Origin: an uncultured Candidatus Rokubacteria bacterium
GTDB lineage: Bacteria > Methylomirabilota > Methylomirabilia > Rokubacteriales > CSP1-6
Length of the DNA: 64,000 nt
Reading direction: 5' to 3'
Assembly (NCBI GenBank): GCA_963758635.1
Contig: CAVWWD010000008.1
Span: forward strand, 1,088,001-1,152,000
A program made the position numbers and the translations under genes. Every line of letters starts with the position of its first letter. The first letter of the stretch is position 1. Below the pieces are notes generated by a model. That model saw nothing but the letters and a program-made list of their open reading frames with translations. It was not told the DNA's origin and ran no database searches. Shown here piece after piece: positions 8,880 to 21,163 of this stretch.

Positions 8880-9405
8880 TCAGCGAGCCCGGCGCCGCGA
8901 GCCCGGCGGGGGCGCGGCCCGCCCGGCCGCGCTCCAGATGGCGGAGCCTCCGCGCCAGGCAAACAGGCCCAAGCCGGGCGCCCCGCGCAGTCCGCGCGGC
9001 AGCGCGACCTCGGGGACGGGGATGAAGCCGAGCCGCACCCACACGGGGTCGAGCCCCTGCGGGCGGGTGAAGAGCGTGTCCACGCCTCGCCCGGCGGCCT
9101 GGGCGAGGGCCTCCTCGACGAGCTGGGCGGCCACGTCGAGGGCATCGCCGGGCGTCGCGCCGGGTGCGCCGCCCGCCGTCTCGTCCGGCGATGCCGTCTC
9201 GGAGGCCATCACGACGGGGCCATGGATCATGCACGGCGGCGCCGCTTCGCACGAGCAGGAGGGCGCCGACGAGCCGCGGTGCCCGTCCCACGCGCCCCAT
9301 CCGGAGTCCACCTGGCGCTCGGGCGGGAGCCACGCGCCCACGAAGCCGAAGAGCTCACGGACTGCGCGGTCCGCTCCCGCGAGAGGCCGGTACGCGAGCC
9401 CCTCG
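8880..9405 (-). CDS. Hypothetical protein, possibly GNAT-fold (frameshifted, start uncertain)
   Basis: GWGAWDG..LVGALLL..IHGPVV..VAAQLVEEALAQAAGRGVDTLF..WVRLGFIP resembles GNAT motifs A/B. Confidence 0.45.
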
Positions 9406-9411
9406 AGGGCT

Positions 9412-9701
9412 CTACTTCTTTCCGCCAAGCACGGAGTCCTTCAGGGCCTTGGCGAGGCGGAACTTCACCACGCGCTTCGCGGGGATCTTGATGGGCTCGC
9501 CCGTCTGCGGGTTGCGGCCCATCCGGGCCTTCCGGTTGGCGAGCACGAGCCGGCCGAACCCGGGCACCACGAAGACGTTCTTGGCTTCCTTCACGCGAGC
9601 GTCTGCAGGCTCTCGATCAGGTCGACGACCTGCTTCTTGCTCAGGTCGTTCTTCTGCGCCAGGTGCCCGATGATGGCGGACTTCGTCATGGATTTGGCCA
9701 T
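9412..9701 (-). CDS. hup: HU DNA-binding protein (frameshift near 9595)
   Basis: MAKSMTKSAII... followed by GFGRLV..RKARMGRNPQTGEPIKIPAKRVVKF. Confidence 0.93.
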
Positions 9702-9785
9702 GTGGTCTCCCTTCGCCTTTTTCGCAGTTGAGGGTGGACGGTTGATCGACGCGGACAGCTCCGGATCAGCGAGCCGAGCGGTATT

Positions 9786-11073
9786 CTACTCGCGCTGCCC
9801 GGCCGGTGTCGAGGCCCGCTGCGGATGCGCGAAGCGGAAGCTCTTCGACGCGGTGAGCCGCCGGTAGGAGCCGAAGCGCGCCTCGGCGTCCTCGACGTGG
9901 TCGAGCGGCGAGTCCTCCTCTTCCACCCCGTCCGCGTACACCTTGACCAGGTCGTACTCCGTGTTCCGCCGCGCGGGCACGCGCCCGGCGTCACGCACGA
10001 GCCGTCGCAGCTCGGCCGGAGGCACGAGCTGGCCGAAGCCCGCCCCCGCGGACGTGGAGATGGACTCGTTGATGAGCGTCCCGCCGAGGTCGTTGGCGCC
10101 GCAGGCGAGGAGGTACTGCGCGAGCTTGGGGCCCTCCTTCACCCAGGAGGCCTGGATGTTCTTCATCGTGGGGCCGAGGATGAGCCGCGCGAGCGCGTGC
10201 ATCTTGACCACCTCGAACCCGCTCGCGCCCTGGCGCACGCCGGCCACCAGCCCGTGGCGGTACATCGGGGCCTCCTGGTGGATCAGCGACAGCGGCACGA
10301 ACTCGGTGAAGCCGCCGGTCCGGCGCTGGATGCCGCGCAGGAGGTCCATGTGGCGCACCCAGTGCTCCGGGCGCTCGATGTGCCCGTACATGATCGTGGA
10401 GGTGGTGCGGATGCCCAGGTCGTGCGCGGCGGTGATGACCTCGATCCACTGCGTCGACGGTGATGCGGCCGCGGGCGATGACGTCGCGGATCTCCTGGTC
10501 GAGGATCTCGGCCGACGTGCCGGGCAGCGTGCCGAGGCCGGCGGCGCGCAGCTCGCGCAGGTAGTCGGGGATCGCCAGGCCGGAGCGCGTCGAGCCGTAG
10601 AGGATCTCCTCGGGCGAGAACGCGTGCAGGTGCATCTCGGGCACGGCGGCCTTGATGGCGCGGCACAGGTCGATGTAGTAGCTGCCGTCGATCTTCGGGG
10701 GCAGGCCGGCCTGGATGCACACCTCGGTGGCGCCCATCGTCCACGCCTCGACGGCCCGACGGACCACCTCGTCCATGGGGAGGAAATACCCCTCCTCCTC
10801 GCGGTGGTCGCGGCTGAACGCGCAGAAGGTGCAGTGCTTGATGCAGACGTTGGTGAAGTTGATGTTGCGGTTCACCACGTAGGTGACGATGTCGCCGACC
10901 TGCCGCCGGCGCATCTCGTCGGCGACGAGGGTGAGCGCCGTCAGCTCCCGCCCCGTCACCTCGGTGAGCCGGATGCCCTCCGCGACCGACAGCTCCTCGC
11001 CGTCCAGCGCGCGGCCGAGGATGCGCCGGACGTCGCGCTCCACCCAGTCGAGATCAATGGTGCTCACGGGCAT
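9786..11073 (-). CDS. cofH: FO synthase subunit CofH, radical SAM (frameshift near 10450)
   Basis: NRNINFTNVCIKHCTFCAF, PGTSAEILD, GGFTEFVPL, NIQASWVK and GANDLGGTLINESIS motifs. Confidence 0.95.
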
Positions 11074-11137
11074 GTCCTCCTGGCGTCTACCTGGTCGTGG
11101 TCGGGGATCATGCTACCAGCTTCGGCGGGCGCGCCGC

Positions 11138-12325
11138 TCACCAGCTTCGCCACACCTCGAGGTCGGGGCGGACGAGGCCGTCGCCGTCCACGAGGCGGGC
11201 CACGTGCGGGCGCAGCCGCTCGTCGATGAACTCCGGCCGCCGCGTGTACTCGGGATACACGGCGAGCCGCTCCCGCAGCTCGAGCTGCGCGGCCTCGGTC
11301 ATGCGCCGGAGCTCGGCGAGGCCGGGCCACGGGCACTCGGGATTGATGTGGTCGGGCGTCAGCGGCGAGATGCCGCCCCAGTCGTTCAGGCCCGCCGCGG
11401 GCAGCCCGCCGTAGCCGCCGGCCGAGAGATTGGGCGGGGCCTGGATGTTCATGTCCGGGCCGAGGAGGAGGCGCGCCACCGCCACCGTGCGGGCGAGGTC
11501 GGCGAGCGACGGGTCGGCCACGCCGCGCATCCGGATGGTGGGCTTGGCCCGGAAGTTCTGGACGATCACCTCCTGGATGTGGCCGTACCGCTCGTGCAAT
11601 TCGCGGATGGCCAGGAGCGCGTCCACCCGCTCGGCGAGGGTCTCGCCGATGCCGATCAGGATCCCGGTGGTGAAGGGGATGCGGAGCGACCCGGCGAGCG
11701 CGATCGTCTTGAGGCGCCGTGCCGGCACCTTGTCGGGCGCGCGGTCGTGAGCGAGCCCGGGCCCGAGCAAGCGGTCCGACGTCGTCTCGAGCATGATCCC
11801 CATGCTCACGTTCGCCTCGCGGAGCGCGCCGAGGTCGCGGGCGGACATCAGCCCCGGGTTGGCGTGGGGCAGAAGCGTGGATTCCTTCACGACCATCTCG
11901 CTCACCGCGCGCAGATAGCCGAGGGTGGTGCGGTGCCCGAGGCGGCGCAGCGTCTCGCGGTGCTCGGGGAAGATCGCCTCCGGCTTGTCGCCCAGCGAGA
12001 ACAGCGCTTCCTTGGCGCCCAGGCGCTCGCCCGCCTTCACGAGCGCCAGCACCTCGTCCGGCATCATCGTGAAGGCGCCGGGCTCCCCAGGGTCCTTGCG
12101 AAACGTGCAGTAGCCGCAGTAGTCGCGGCAGAGCGTGGTCAGCGGGATGAAGACCTTGGCCGAAAACGTGAGCCGCCGGCCGCGGCCCCGGTCACGAAGC
12201 GCCGCCGCGGGCGCGCAGAGCTCGGGCAGCCGGGCCTCCGGCGTGTCGAGCAGCGTGGTGGCCTCGGCGGCGGCGAGGGCGCGCCCCTCGCGGGCGCGGT
12301 CGAGCGCGCGATCGAGCGCGGTCAC
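11138..12325 (-). CDS. cofG: FO synthase subunit CofG, radical SAM
   Basis: VFIPLTTLCRDYCGYCTF, EALFSLGDKPE, LPHANPG, IPFTTGILIGIGE, QAPPNL and DWGGISP..DHINPE motifs. Confidence 0.96.
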   Translation of the reverse strand: MTALDRALDRAREGRALAAAEATTLLDTPEARLPELCAPAAALRDRGRGRRLTFSAKVFIPLTTLCRDYCGYCTFRKDPGEPGAFTMMPDEVLALVKAGERLGAKEALFSLGDKPEAIFPEHRETLRRLGHRTTLGYLRAVSEMVVKESTLLPHANPGLMSARDLGALREANVSMGIMLETTSDRLLGPGLAHDRAPDKVPARRLKTIALAGSLRIPFTTGILIGIGETLAERVDALLAIRELHERYGHIQEVIVQNFRAKPTIRMRGVADPSLADLARTVAVARLLLGPDMNIQAPPNLSAGGYGGLPAAGLNDWGGISPLTPDHINPECPWPGLAELRRMTEAAQLELRERLAVYPEYTRRPEFIDERLRPHVARLVDGDGLVRPDLEVWRSW

Positions 12326-12756
12326 CGCGCCATGCTCCAGTGCGTCACGTGGGCCGGCGTCACCTTGATCATGACGCCCCGCTCGCGGGGCAGCCCCATG
12401 GCGCGGTACTGCGGGTACTTCTCCAGCAGGAGATCGGCGCCGCGGCTGAACTCCGGGCCGGCGGTGAGCACCTCGGCGCGCCCCTGGATGATGACGTGGC
12501 GCAGCCGGCTCCAGTCCTCGTCGTAGTCGTCGATGGTCACGCACACCGACGGGTTCGCCTCGATGTTGCGGATGCGCTTGAGGGCCCGGCCCGTCGCGCG
12601 CTTGGGCTTGGCGTCGACGGCGGAGAAGATCGCGGCGCCGTCGAAGGCGTAGCAGAACGGGACCACGTGGGGCTGGCCCTGGGCGTCGGCGGTGCCGAGG
12701 TGGCCGACGCGTCCGCGGGAGATGAAGCCGGCGACCTCGTCGGGCACGTGAGCCAC
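12322..12756 (-). CDS. PPOX-class (split beta-barrel) putative F420-dependent oxidoreductase
   Basis: GHLGTADAQGQPHVVP, AVDAKPK, RIRNIEANP, DDYDEDWSRL and EKYPQY motifs. Confidence 0.88.
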   Translation of the reverse strand: MAHVPDEVAGFISRGRVGHLGTADAQGQPHVVPFCYAFDGAAIFSAVDAKPKRATGRALKRIRNIEANPSVCVTIDDYDEDWSRLRHVIIQGRAEVLTAGPEFSRGADLLLEKYPQYRAMGLPRERGVMIKVTPAHVTHWSMAR

Positions 12757-12831
12757 GGGGGACGCCGTGCCTCTAGCGGAGGCCGCGCACGAACGGGCCC
12801 ACCGAGCGGACGGCCTGCCGAGCGGCCACGT

Positions 12832-13819
12832 TCATCTCGCGGATGGGGCGGTCACGCGGGGCGCCCGGAGCACCTTGGGACGGCACGTCCTCGGCGAAGC
12901 GCTCCATCATGGCCAGGCGCCCGCGGAGATCCGTGGGCGCGGGGTCGAAGATGAAGTGGGTCACGCCGAGCGACTGGTAGGTGCGCACGTCCTGGATCAC
13001 CTCGGTGGCGGTGCCGGTGAACGGCGCGCGATCGCCGCCCGACGGGCGGGCGCGCCGGCCCGCCAGGTCCAGCGGGACGCGGAACGACAGCGTGATGCGC
13101 GCGGGATCGCGTCCGGCCTTGCGGGCCGCGTCGTGGATCAGCGCCACCTTCTCGCGGAACTCCGCCGGGTGCAGCAGGCCGGGCGGCCGCATGCCGATGG
13201 GGTGCCAGCCGTCGCCGATCTCGCCCGTCCGGCGGAGCGCGGCCGGCGTGTGCCCGCCGATCCAGACGGGGATGCCGCCCTTCTGCGCCGGCTTCGGCAG
13301 CACGCTCACCGGGCGCAGCGTGTAGTGACGTCCCGCGAAGTCCACGGGCTCCCGCGTCCAGCACTCGCGCATCAGGCGGATGTACTCGTCGGTCACGCGC
13401 CCGCGCTCCGGATACGGCGGGGCCTGGAGCGCTTCGAACTCCTCCCGCATCCAGCCGACGCCCGCGCCCAGGATGAGGCGGCCACCGGACAGCACATCGA
13501 GCGTGGCCAGCGTCTTGGCGGTGAAGAGCGGGTTCCGGTAGGGAATGATCAGCACGCTCGTGCCGAGCAGGATGCGCGAGGTCGCGCCGGCCAGGTAGCT
13601 CATCACGGCCAGGGGCTCGAGGTACCCCTGGGCCCAGTCGGCCGCGACCTTCCCGTTGGCCGAGTAGGGGTACGCGGACTCGGTGGTCAGCGGGATGACG
13701 ACGTGGTCGGTGACGAAGATCGACGAGTAGCGGAGGGCTTCCGCCTGTTCGGCGAGCTTGACCAGGGCGTCGCGGTTGGCGAGAGCGCCGCGTCCGGGAA
13801 GGGCGAAGCCGAATTGCAC
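12832..13819 (-). CDS. LLM-class putative F420-dependent oxidoreductase (C-terminal frameshift near 12885)
   Basis: FVTDHVVIP, LGTSVLIIPYRNP, ATLDVLSGGRLILGAGVGWMREEF and PKPAQ..IPVWIGG motifs. Confidence 0.9.
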
Positions 13820-13826
13820 GAAGGCC

Positions 13827-13855
13827 ATATTGCGCGTGGCCCCGGTGGCTGTCAA
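13827..13855 (-). promoter_or_regulatory. Sigma70-type promoter of the F420 cluster, probably leaderless
   Basis: TTGACA-N17-CAATAT, then 7 nt to the GTG start. Confidence 0.6.
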
Positions 13856-13909
13856 GGCCGCGAGCACCGGCTCGGCCAGCGAAATCGCTGTCCTGCAGCG
13901 CGCTCGTGA

Positions 13910-13960
13910 GCCTCGCGCATCAGACTCATGCCGAGCGGTAGGACTGTAGAGGCCCGTGGC
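13910..13960 (+). repeat. Repeat family C copy 1
   Basis: 22-bp core ATGCCGAGCGGTAGGACTGTAG (13928..13949) identical to 44616..44637. Confidence 0.75.
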
Positions 13961-14088
13961 GGTTAGCGCATTCTGCGAGCCTCGCTCGTGAGCCTCGGAA
14001 GGGGGCGCGGTCGAATGGTGATCCGCCCAGTTCCCGGCACGTCCGCCAAGCGGCGGGCGGAGAGAGGGCCTGTGTTACGGTTGATGAC

Positions 14089-16199
<2,111 letters not shown>

Positions 16200-16242
16200 C
16201 GCGATGCTCCCCTTCAACGCTTCGCGATTCCAAGGAGGACAC

Positions 16243-17748
16243 GTGGTGGGGACAGCGAAACGGTCCATCGTGGCAGCCCTGCTCGGGGCGCTGCTCGTCC
16301 TGATCGTGGCCGAGGTTCAGGCCCAGGCGCCTGCCCCGACGCCTCCCGCGCCGGCGGCCCCGGCTCCGGCGCCCGCTGCGCCCGCACCCGGCGCACCGGC
16401 AGCGGCTCCGGCGCCCGCGCCACCGAAGATCGACACGGGCGACACGGCGTGGGTGCTCACGTCCTCCGCGCTCGTCCTCCTGATGACCGCCCCGGGCCTC
16501 TTCCTCTTCTACGGCGGCCTCGTCAGGCAGAAGAACGCGCTCGGCACGATCATGCACAGCTTCATCATCCTGGCCCTCATCTCGCTCCAGTGGGTGCTCT
16601 GGGGCTACAGCCTCGCCTTCGGGCCGGACAAGGGCGGCATCATCGGCGGGCTCGAGTGGTTCGGGCTGAAGGGCGTCGGCCAGGCGCCGCACCCCGACTA
16701 CTCGGCGACGATTCCGCACCAGGCCTTCATGCTCTTCCAGATGATGTTCGCGATCATCACGCCCGCGCTCATCACCGGCGCGTTCGCCGAGCGGAAGAAG
16801 TTCTCCACGTTCATCGTGTTCATCCTGGCGTGGGCCACGTTCGTCTACGATCCGCTGGCGCACTGGGTGTGGGGCGTGGGCGGGTGGCTCCGCGCGCTCG
16901 GCGCGCTCGACTTCGCCGGCGGCACCGTCGTGCACATCTCCTCGGGCATCTCGGCGCTCGCCGCCGCGCTCGTCATCGGCAAGCGGCGCGGCTACGGGCA
17001 CCAGCCGATGCAGCCCCACAACCTGCCCATGACGGTGATGGGCGCGGCGCTCCTCTGGTTCGGCTGGTTCGGGTTCAACGCGGGGAGCGCGCTGGGCGCC
17101 AACGGCCTCGCCGCCCACGCCTTCACGACCACCAACACGGCGACGGCGGCGGCGGTGCTGGGCTGGATGTTCACGGAGTGGGCATCCCGCGGCAAGCCGA
17201 CGGTGCTCGGCGCGGCCTCGGGCGCGGTGGCCGGGCTCGTGGCCATCACGCCGGCGGCGGGGTTCGTGACGCCGATGGCCTCGATCGTGATCGGCGCGCT
17301 CGCCGGCGTCCTCTGCTACACGGCCTGCAACCTCAAGGCGAAGCTCGGCTACGACGACTCGCTCGACGTGGTGGGCGTGCACGGCGTGGGCGGGACGTGG
17401 GGCGCGCTGGCCACCGGGATCTTCGCGACCAAGGCCGTCAACGAGGCGGGCGGCGACGGCCTCCTCTACGGCAATCCCGGCCAGCTCCTCATCCAGGCCG
17501 TGGCGGTGGTGGTGACCCTGGTGCTGGGCTTCGTGATGACCACGATCATCCTGAAGGTGCTCGACGCGATCATGGGCCTCCGGCTCAGCGAGGAGGACGA
17601 GATGGCGGGCCTGGACCTGTCGCAGCATTCGGAGACCGCGTACACCATCGGCGGGTCGGGGTACGGCGAGTACACGAGCGGCGCGGGGGGCGGCGCCTTC
17701 GGGCAGACGCGGGCGGCCACCGAGGCCAAGGCGCGGGCCAGTCACTGA
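16243..17748 (+). CDS. amtB: Ammonium transporter with signal peptide and Pro/Ala-rich N-terminal linker
   Basis: DTGDTAW, FQMMFAIITPAL, DFAGGTVVH, WFGWFGFNAGS and DDSLDVVGVHG motifs. Confidence 0.97.
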   Translation: MVGTAKRSIVAALLGALLVLIVAEVQAQAPAPTPPAPAAPAPAPAAPAPGAPAAAPAPAPPKIDTGDTAWVLTSSALVLLMTAPGLFLFYGGLVRQKNALGTIMHSFIILALISLQWVLWGYSLAFGPDKGGIIGGLEWFGLKGVGQAPHPDYSATIPHQAFMLFQMMFAIITPALITGAFAERKKFSTFIVFILAWATFVYDPLAHWVWGVGGWLRALGALDFAGGTVVHISSGISALAAALVIGKRRGYGHQPMQPHNLPMTVMGAALLWFGWFGFNAGSALGANGLAAHAFTTTNTATAAAVLGWMFTEWASRGKPTVLGAASGAVAGLVAITPAAGFVTPMASIVIGALAGVLCYTACNLKAKLGYDDSLDVVGVHGVGGTWGALATGIFATKAVNEAGGDGLLYGNPGQLLIQAVAVVVTLVLGFVMTTIILKVLDAIMGLRLSEEDEMAGLDLSQHSETAYTIGGSGYGEYTSGAGGGAFGQTRAATEAKARASH

Positions 17749-17884
17749 CCCGTCGGCTTGACCGTCCTCGGGTGAGCACTTACCCTATGCGCGCACCGTC
17801 CGCGAACGAGCGTGGCCCGTAAACGTACCGTCGATCGGGTGACCCATTGCTGAATCGTCCGGCTGGCCCGCATCATTCGCGATC

Positions 17885-17976
17885 GGGAACGGACCCTGGA
17901 CAGCGCGATGGTCCGCTGAGCCTGTTCGTGAATCGTCCGCGCTCGCAGCCGGCGAGGCCACGGCGGCCTCGCCGGC
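17885..17976 (+). promoter_or_regulatory. Structured glnA leader: two hexaloop hairpins plus a 12-bp stem
   Basis: GGG-AACGGA-CCC, GCG-ATGGTC-CGC, then GCCGGCGAGGCC-ACGGC-GGCCTCGCCGGC. Confidence 0.5.
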
Positions 17977-18028
17977 TCCCGGTTTCGCGCACCGCGCGAC
18001 ACTCTCAACTCTCCAAGGAGGCAGACGC

Positions 18029-19456
18029 ATGACCACGCCGAAGGAAGTTCTGAAGCTCGCCAAGGACAAGGGAGTGAAGATCGTCGACCTGCGGTTCATC
18101 GACCTTCCCGGCCTCTGGCAGCACTTCTCGATCCCCGTGTCCGAGCTGAGCGAGGGCATCTTCGAGGACGGCCTCGGCTTCGACGGCTCCTCGATCCGCG
18201 GCTTCCAGACCATCGACGAGTCGGACATGCTGCTGATCCCCGACGCGTCGAGCGCGCAGATGGATCCGTTCACCGCGGTGCCGACGCTCGTCCTGATCTG
18301 CAACGTGAAGGACCCCATCACCGGCAAGGCGTACACTCGCGACCCGCGCTACGTGGCCCAGAAGGCCGAGGCGTACGTGAAGAAGAGCGGGGTGGGGGAC
18401 ACCATCTACATCGGGCCCGAGCTCGAGTTCTTCTTCTTCGACTCGATCCGCTTCGACCAGAGCTACAACTACGGCTTCTACTTCATCGACTCCGAGGCGG
18501 GCGCCTGGAACAGCGGCCAGGAGGGCACGCCCGACCGGCCGAACCTCGGCTACAAGCCGCGCTACAAGCAGGGCTACTTCCCCGTGCCCCCCATGGACAA
18601 GTTCCAGGACATCCGCTCGGACATGGTCCTGGCCCTGGAGTCGGTGGGCGTGCGCGTCGAGGTCCACCACCACGAGGTGGCGACGGGCGGGCAGACCGAG
18701 ATCGACATGCGGTACGACACGCTGACGAAGATGGCGGACAAGGTGTGCTGGTACAAGTACTGCGCCAAGAACACCGCGCGGAAGTGGGGCAAGACCGCCA
18801 CCTTCATGCCCAAGCCGCTGTTCCAGGACAACGGGTCGGGCATGCACACGCACCAGTCGATCTGGAAGAACGGCAAGAACCTCTTCTACGAGCGCGGCGG
18901 GTACGCGGACATCTCGAAGACCTGCCTCTACTACATCGGCGGCATCCTCAAGCACGCGCCGGCGCTCCTCGCCTTCATCGCGCCCTCCACGAACAGCTAC
19001 AAGCGCCTGGTGCCGGGCTACGAGGCGCCGATCAACCTCGTGTACAGCCAGCGCAACCGCTCCGCGGCCATCCGCATCCCGATGTACTCGAAGGCCGAGG
19101 GGGCCAAGCGGATCGAGTTCCGCACCCCGGACCCGACGTGCAACCCGTACCTCTCGTTCGCGGCGTGCGTGATGGCCGGCCTCGACGGGGTGGCCAACAA
19201 GATCGATCCCGGCAAGCCGGTGGACAAGGACCTCTACGAGCTGCCGCCGGCGGAGCAGAAGAAGATCAAGCAGCTCCCGGGCTCCCTCGACATCGTCCTC
19301 GACAACCTCGAGAAGGACCACGACTTCCTGCTCAAGGGCGACGTGTTCACCCCGGACCTCATCGAGACCTGGATCGACTACAAGCGGAAGAACGAGGTCG
19401 ACCCGGTCCGGCTGCGGCCGCACCCGTACGAGTTCGCGCTCTACTACGACATCTAG
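18029..19456 (+). CDS. glnA: Glutamine synthetase type I
   Basis: [44 protein letters not shown] and RIEFRTPD motifs; adenylylation-type DLYELPP. Confidence 0.98.
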   Translation: MTTPKEVLKLAKDKGVKIVDLRFIDLPGLWQHFSIPVSELSEGIFEDGLGFDGSSIRGFQTIDESDMLLIPDASSAQMDPFTAVPTLVLICNVKDPITGKAYTRDPRYVAQKAEAYVKKSGVGDTIYIGPELEFFFFDSIRFDQSYNYGFYFIDSEAGAWNSGQEGTPDRPNLGYKPRYKQGYFPVPPMDKFQDIRSDMVLALESVGVRVEVHHHEVATGGQTEIDMRYDTLTKMADKVCWYKYCAKNTARKWGKTATFMPKPLFQDNGSGMHTHQSIWKNGKNLFYERGGYADISKTCLYYIGGILKHAPALLAFIAPSTNSYKRLVPGYEAPINLVYSQRNRSAAIRIPMYSKAEGAKRIEFRTPDPTCNPYLSFAACVMAGLDGVANKIDPGKPVDKDLYELPPAEQKKIKQLPGSLDIVLDNLEKDHDFLLKGDVFTPDLIETWIDYKRKNEVDPVRLRPHPYEFALYYDI

Positions 19457-19524
19457 GCCGTCGTCCCGCCGTTCCGGCGGCCCCGGAGGCGATCCCTCGC
19501 CTGCGGGGCCGCCCTCTTCCCTCC

Positions 19525-19660
19525 TGATCGCTCCTTGTGCAGCCCGCCCGCGGCTGCCTCACGCGTGAGCACGCGCGACTTCGTTCCGGCGCGCCGGCGT
19601 CCTTCAACACTGCGATTCGTCGCGCGTCGCGCGGCCGCCGGCGGTGGCACCGGAATCGCA
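19525..19660 (+). promoter_or_regulatory. Sigma54 promoter of the porin gene with two 17-bp boxes
   Basis: GTGGCACCGGAATCGCA (19644..19660); TGATCGCTCCTTGTGCA (19525) and TGCCTCACGCGTGAGCA (19555). Confidence 0.75.
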
Positions 19661-19721
19661 CGGGCGCGGGCAGACGTCACCCGCGGCTCAACCGTGGTCC
19701 CGTGAGAGGAGGAGTCCCGAC

Positions 19722-20957
19722 ATGACCGAGACGTGCCGACGGTGGCTCGCCGTGGCTGTCCTGACGTGCGCGGGCTGGGCCGTTCCCGCCCACGCCCAGA
19801 CGCCGGCCCCCACTCCCGCTCCCGCCGCCGCCGACAAGAAGGAGGAGGAGGAGAAGCCGAAGACCCTCTGGGAGGAGATCAAGCTCTTCTCCTACATCGA
19901 GAACAGCTACACCTTCAACCTGACCGGCGCGGGTCGGGACGCCACCAACGAGCTCCGGTTCTACGACTTCGACGAGGGCTGGACCTTCAACATGGCGGAG
20001 TTCAGCATCAAGAAGGACCCCTCCGAGAGGTACTGGTTCGGTTTCGGCCTCGTCGTCACCGCCGGTCTCGACGCGCAGAAGACGCATTCGCTCGGCATCT
20101 TCCGTGGGAACGACGACACGTTCGCCTTCCGCAACACGCCCTGGTTCGACCTGCAGGAGGCCTACGGTTCGGTGCTCGTCCCTCTCGGGAGCGGCCTCAC
20201 CCTCAAGGGCGGCAAGTTCGTCACCCTCCTCGGCTACGAGGTCATCGAGTCCCCGAACAACCTGAACTTCTCCCGCGGCTACCTCTTCGCCCTCGCCATC
20301 CCGCTGACCCACACCGGCGGCCTCGCGTCGTACACGTTCACCGACTGGTTCAACGTCACGGTGGGCGGCGTGCTCGGGTGGGACAACTCCAAGGAGAACA
20401 ATGGGGCGCCGTCGCTGACCGGCCAGTTCGCGTTCACGCCGTTCAAGGACTTCACCGCCAACATGAACTGGATCGTCGGGCCGGAGCAGCGTGACAACAC
20501 GAGCAACCTCCGCTACGTGCTCGATTGGGTGTTCGCCTACACGGGCATCAAGGGGCTGACCCTCGCCGCCAACATCGACTACGGCCACGAGGACAAGGAG
20601 GCTTTCCTGGTCTCGCTGGGCCGGGCGGACACCGGCGCGACGTGGTGGGGCGTGGCCCTCTACGCGGCGTACGACTGGACGGACTGGTTGCGCACCTCGC
20701 TCCGGCAGGAGTTCTTCAAGGACGCGGACGGGGCCCGGTCGGGCTTCGGCAGCAGCCTCTCGCTCCTCTCCACGACGGTGACCGCGCAGTTCAAGATCTG
20801 GAAGGGCCTCGTCGGGCGCGTCGAGTACCGGCACGACGCGGCCGACGAGAAGGTCTTCAAGGCGCGCACGACGCGCCCGGACGCGTCCGGCGGCGTGGTG
20901 GCGCAGTCCAAGAGCCTGGACACGATCTCCGTCAGCCTCTACTACTCGTTCTTCTGA
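19722..20957 (+). CDS. Outer-membrane beta-barrel porin (DUF1597/OmpL-like)
   Basis: Signal peptide ending AHA; GKFVTLLGYEVIESPNNLNFSRGYLF..P.THTG motif; amphipathic strands; C-terminal YYSFF. Confidence 0.85.
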   Translation: MTETCRRWLAVAVLTCAGWAVPAHAQTPAPTPAPAAADKKEEEEKPKTLWEEIKLFSYIENSYTFNLTGAGRDATNELRFYDFDEGWTFNMAEFSIKKDPSERYWFGFGLVVTAGLDAQKTHSLGIFRGNDDTFAFRNTPWFDLQEAYGSVLVPLGSGLTLKGGKFVTLLGYEVIESPNNLNFSRGYLFALAIPLTHTGGLASYTFTDWFNVTVGGVLGWDNSKENNGAPSLTGQFAFTPFKDFTANMNWIVGPEQRDNTSNLRYVLDWVFAYTGIKGLTLAANIDYGHEDKEAFLVSLGRADTGATWWGVALYAAYDWTDWLRTSLRQEFFKDADGARSGFGSSLSLLSTTVTAQFKIWKGLVGRVEYRHDAADEKVFKARTTRPDASGGVVAQSKSLDTISVSLYYSFF

Positions 20958-20990
20958 TTCGAAGGGGGCCTCGACGGTCCCCTTCGAATC
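20956..20990. terminator. Hairpin after the porin gene (terminator or REP-like)
   Basis: GATTCGAAGGGG...CCCCTTCGAATC inverted repeat. Confidence 0.55.
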
Positions 20991-21035
20991 CCAATGGAGC
21001 GCGGGCTCCGCCCGCGCCCGGAGCGGACCTCTCGG

Positions 21036-21150
21036 TGCTCACCGTCTATGCGATCGCGCTAGGCGTGATCGGCGGGTGTGCAGCCATTCGATCCTGATCA
21101 AAATACAAATCCTTGATTTCTCTCAGTGATGGGGTGGCATCGCGATTGCT
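21036..21150 (+). promoter_or_regulatory. Sigma54 promoter of the ANTAR gene with two 17-bp boxes and an IHF-like site
   Basis: GTGGCATCGCGATTGCT (21134..21150); boxes at 21036 and 21066; minus-strand AATCAAGGATTTG (21118..21106) matches WATCAANNNNTTR. Confidence 0.8.
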
Positions 21151-21163
21151 CGACAGTTCCAGC

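Noticed and set aside
19657..19668. ANTAR-like hairpin CGC-ACGGGC-GCG before the porin
   Set aside because: It overlaps the -12 element and lies upstream of the predicted transcription start.
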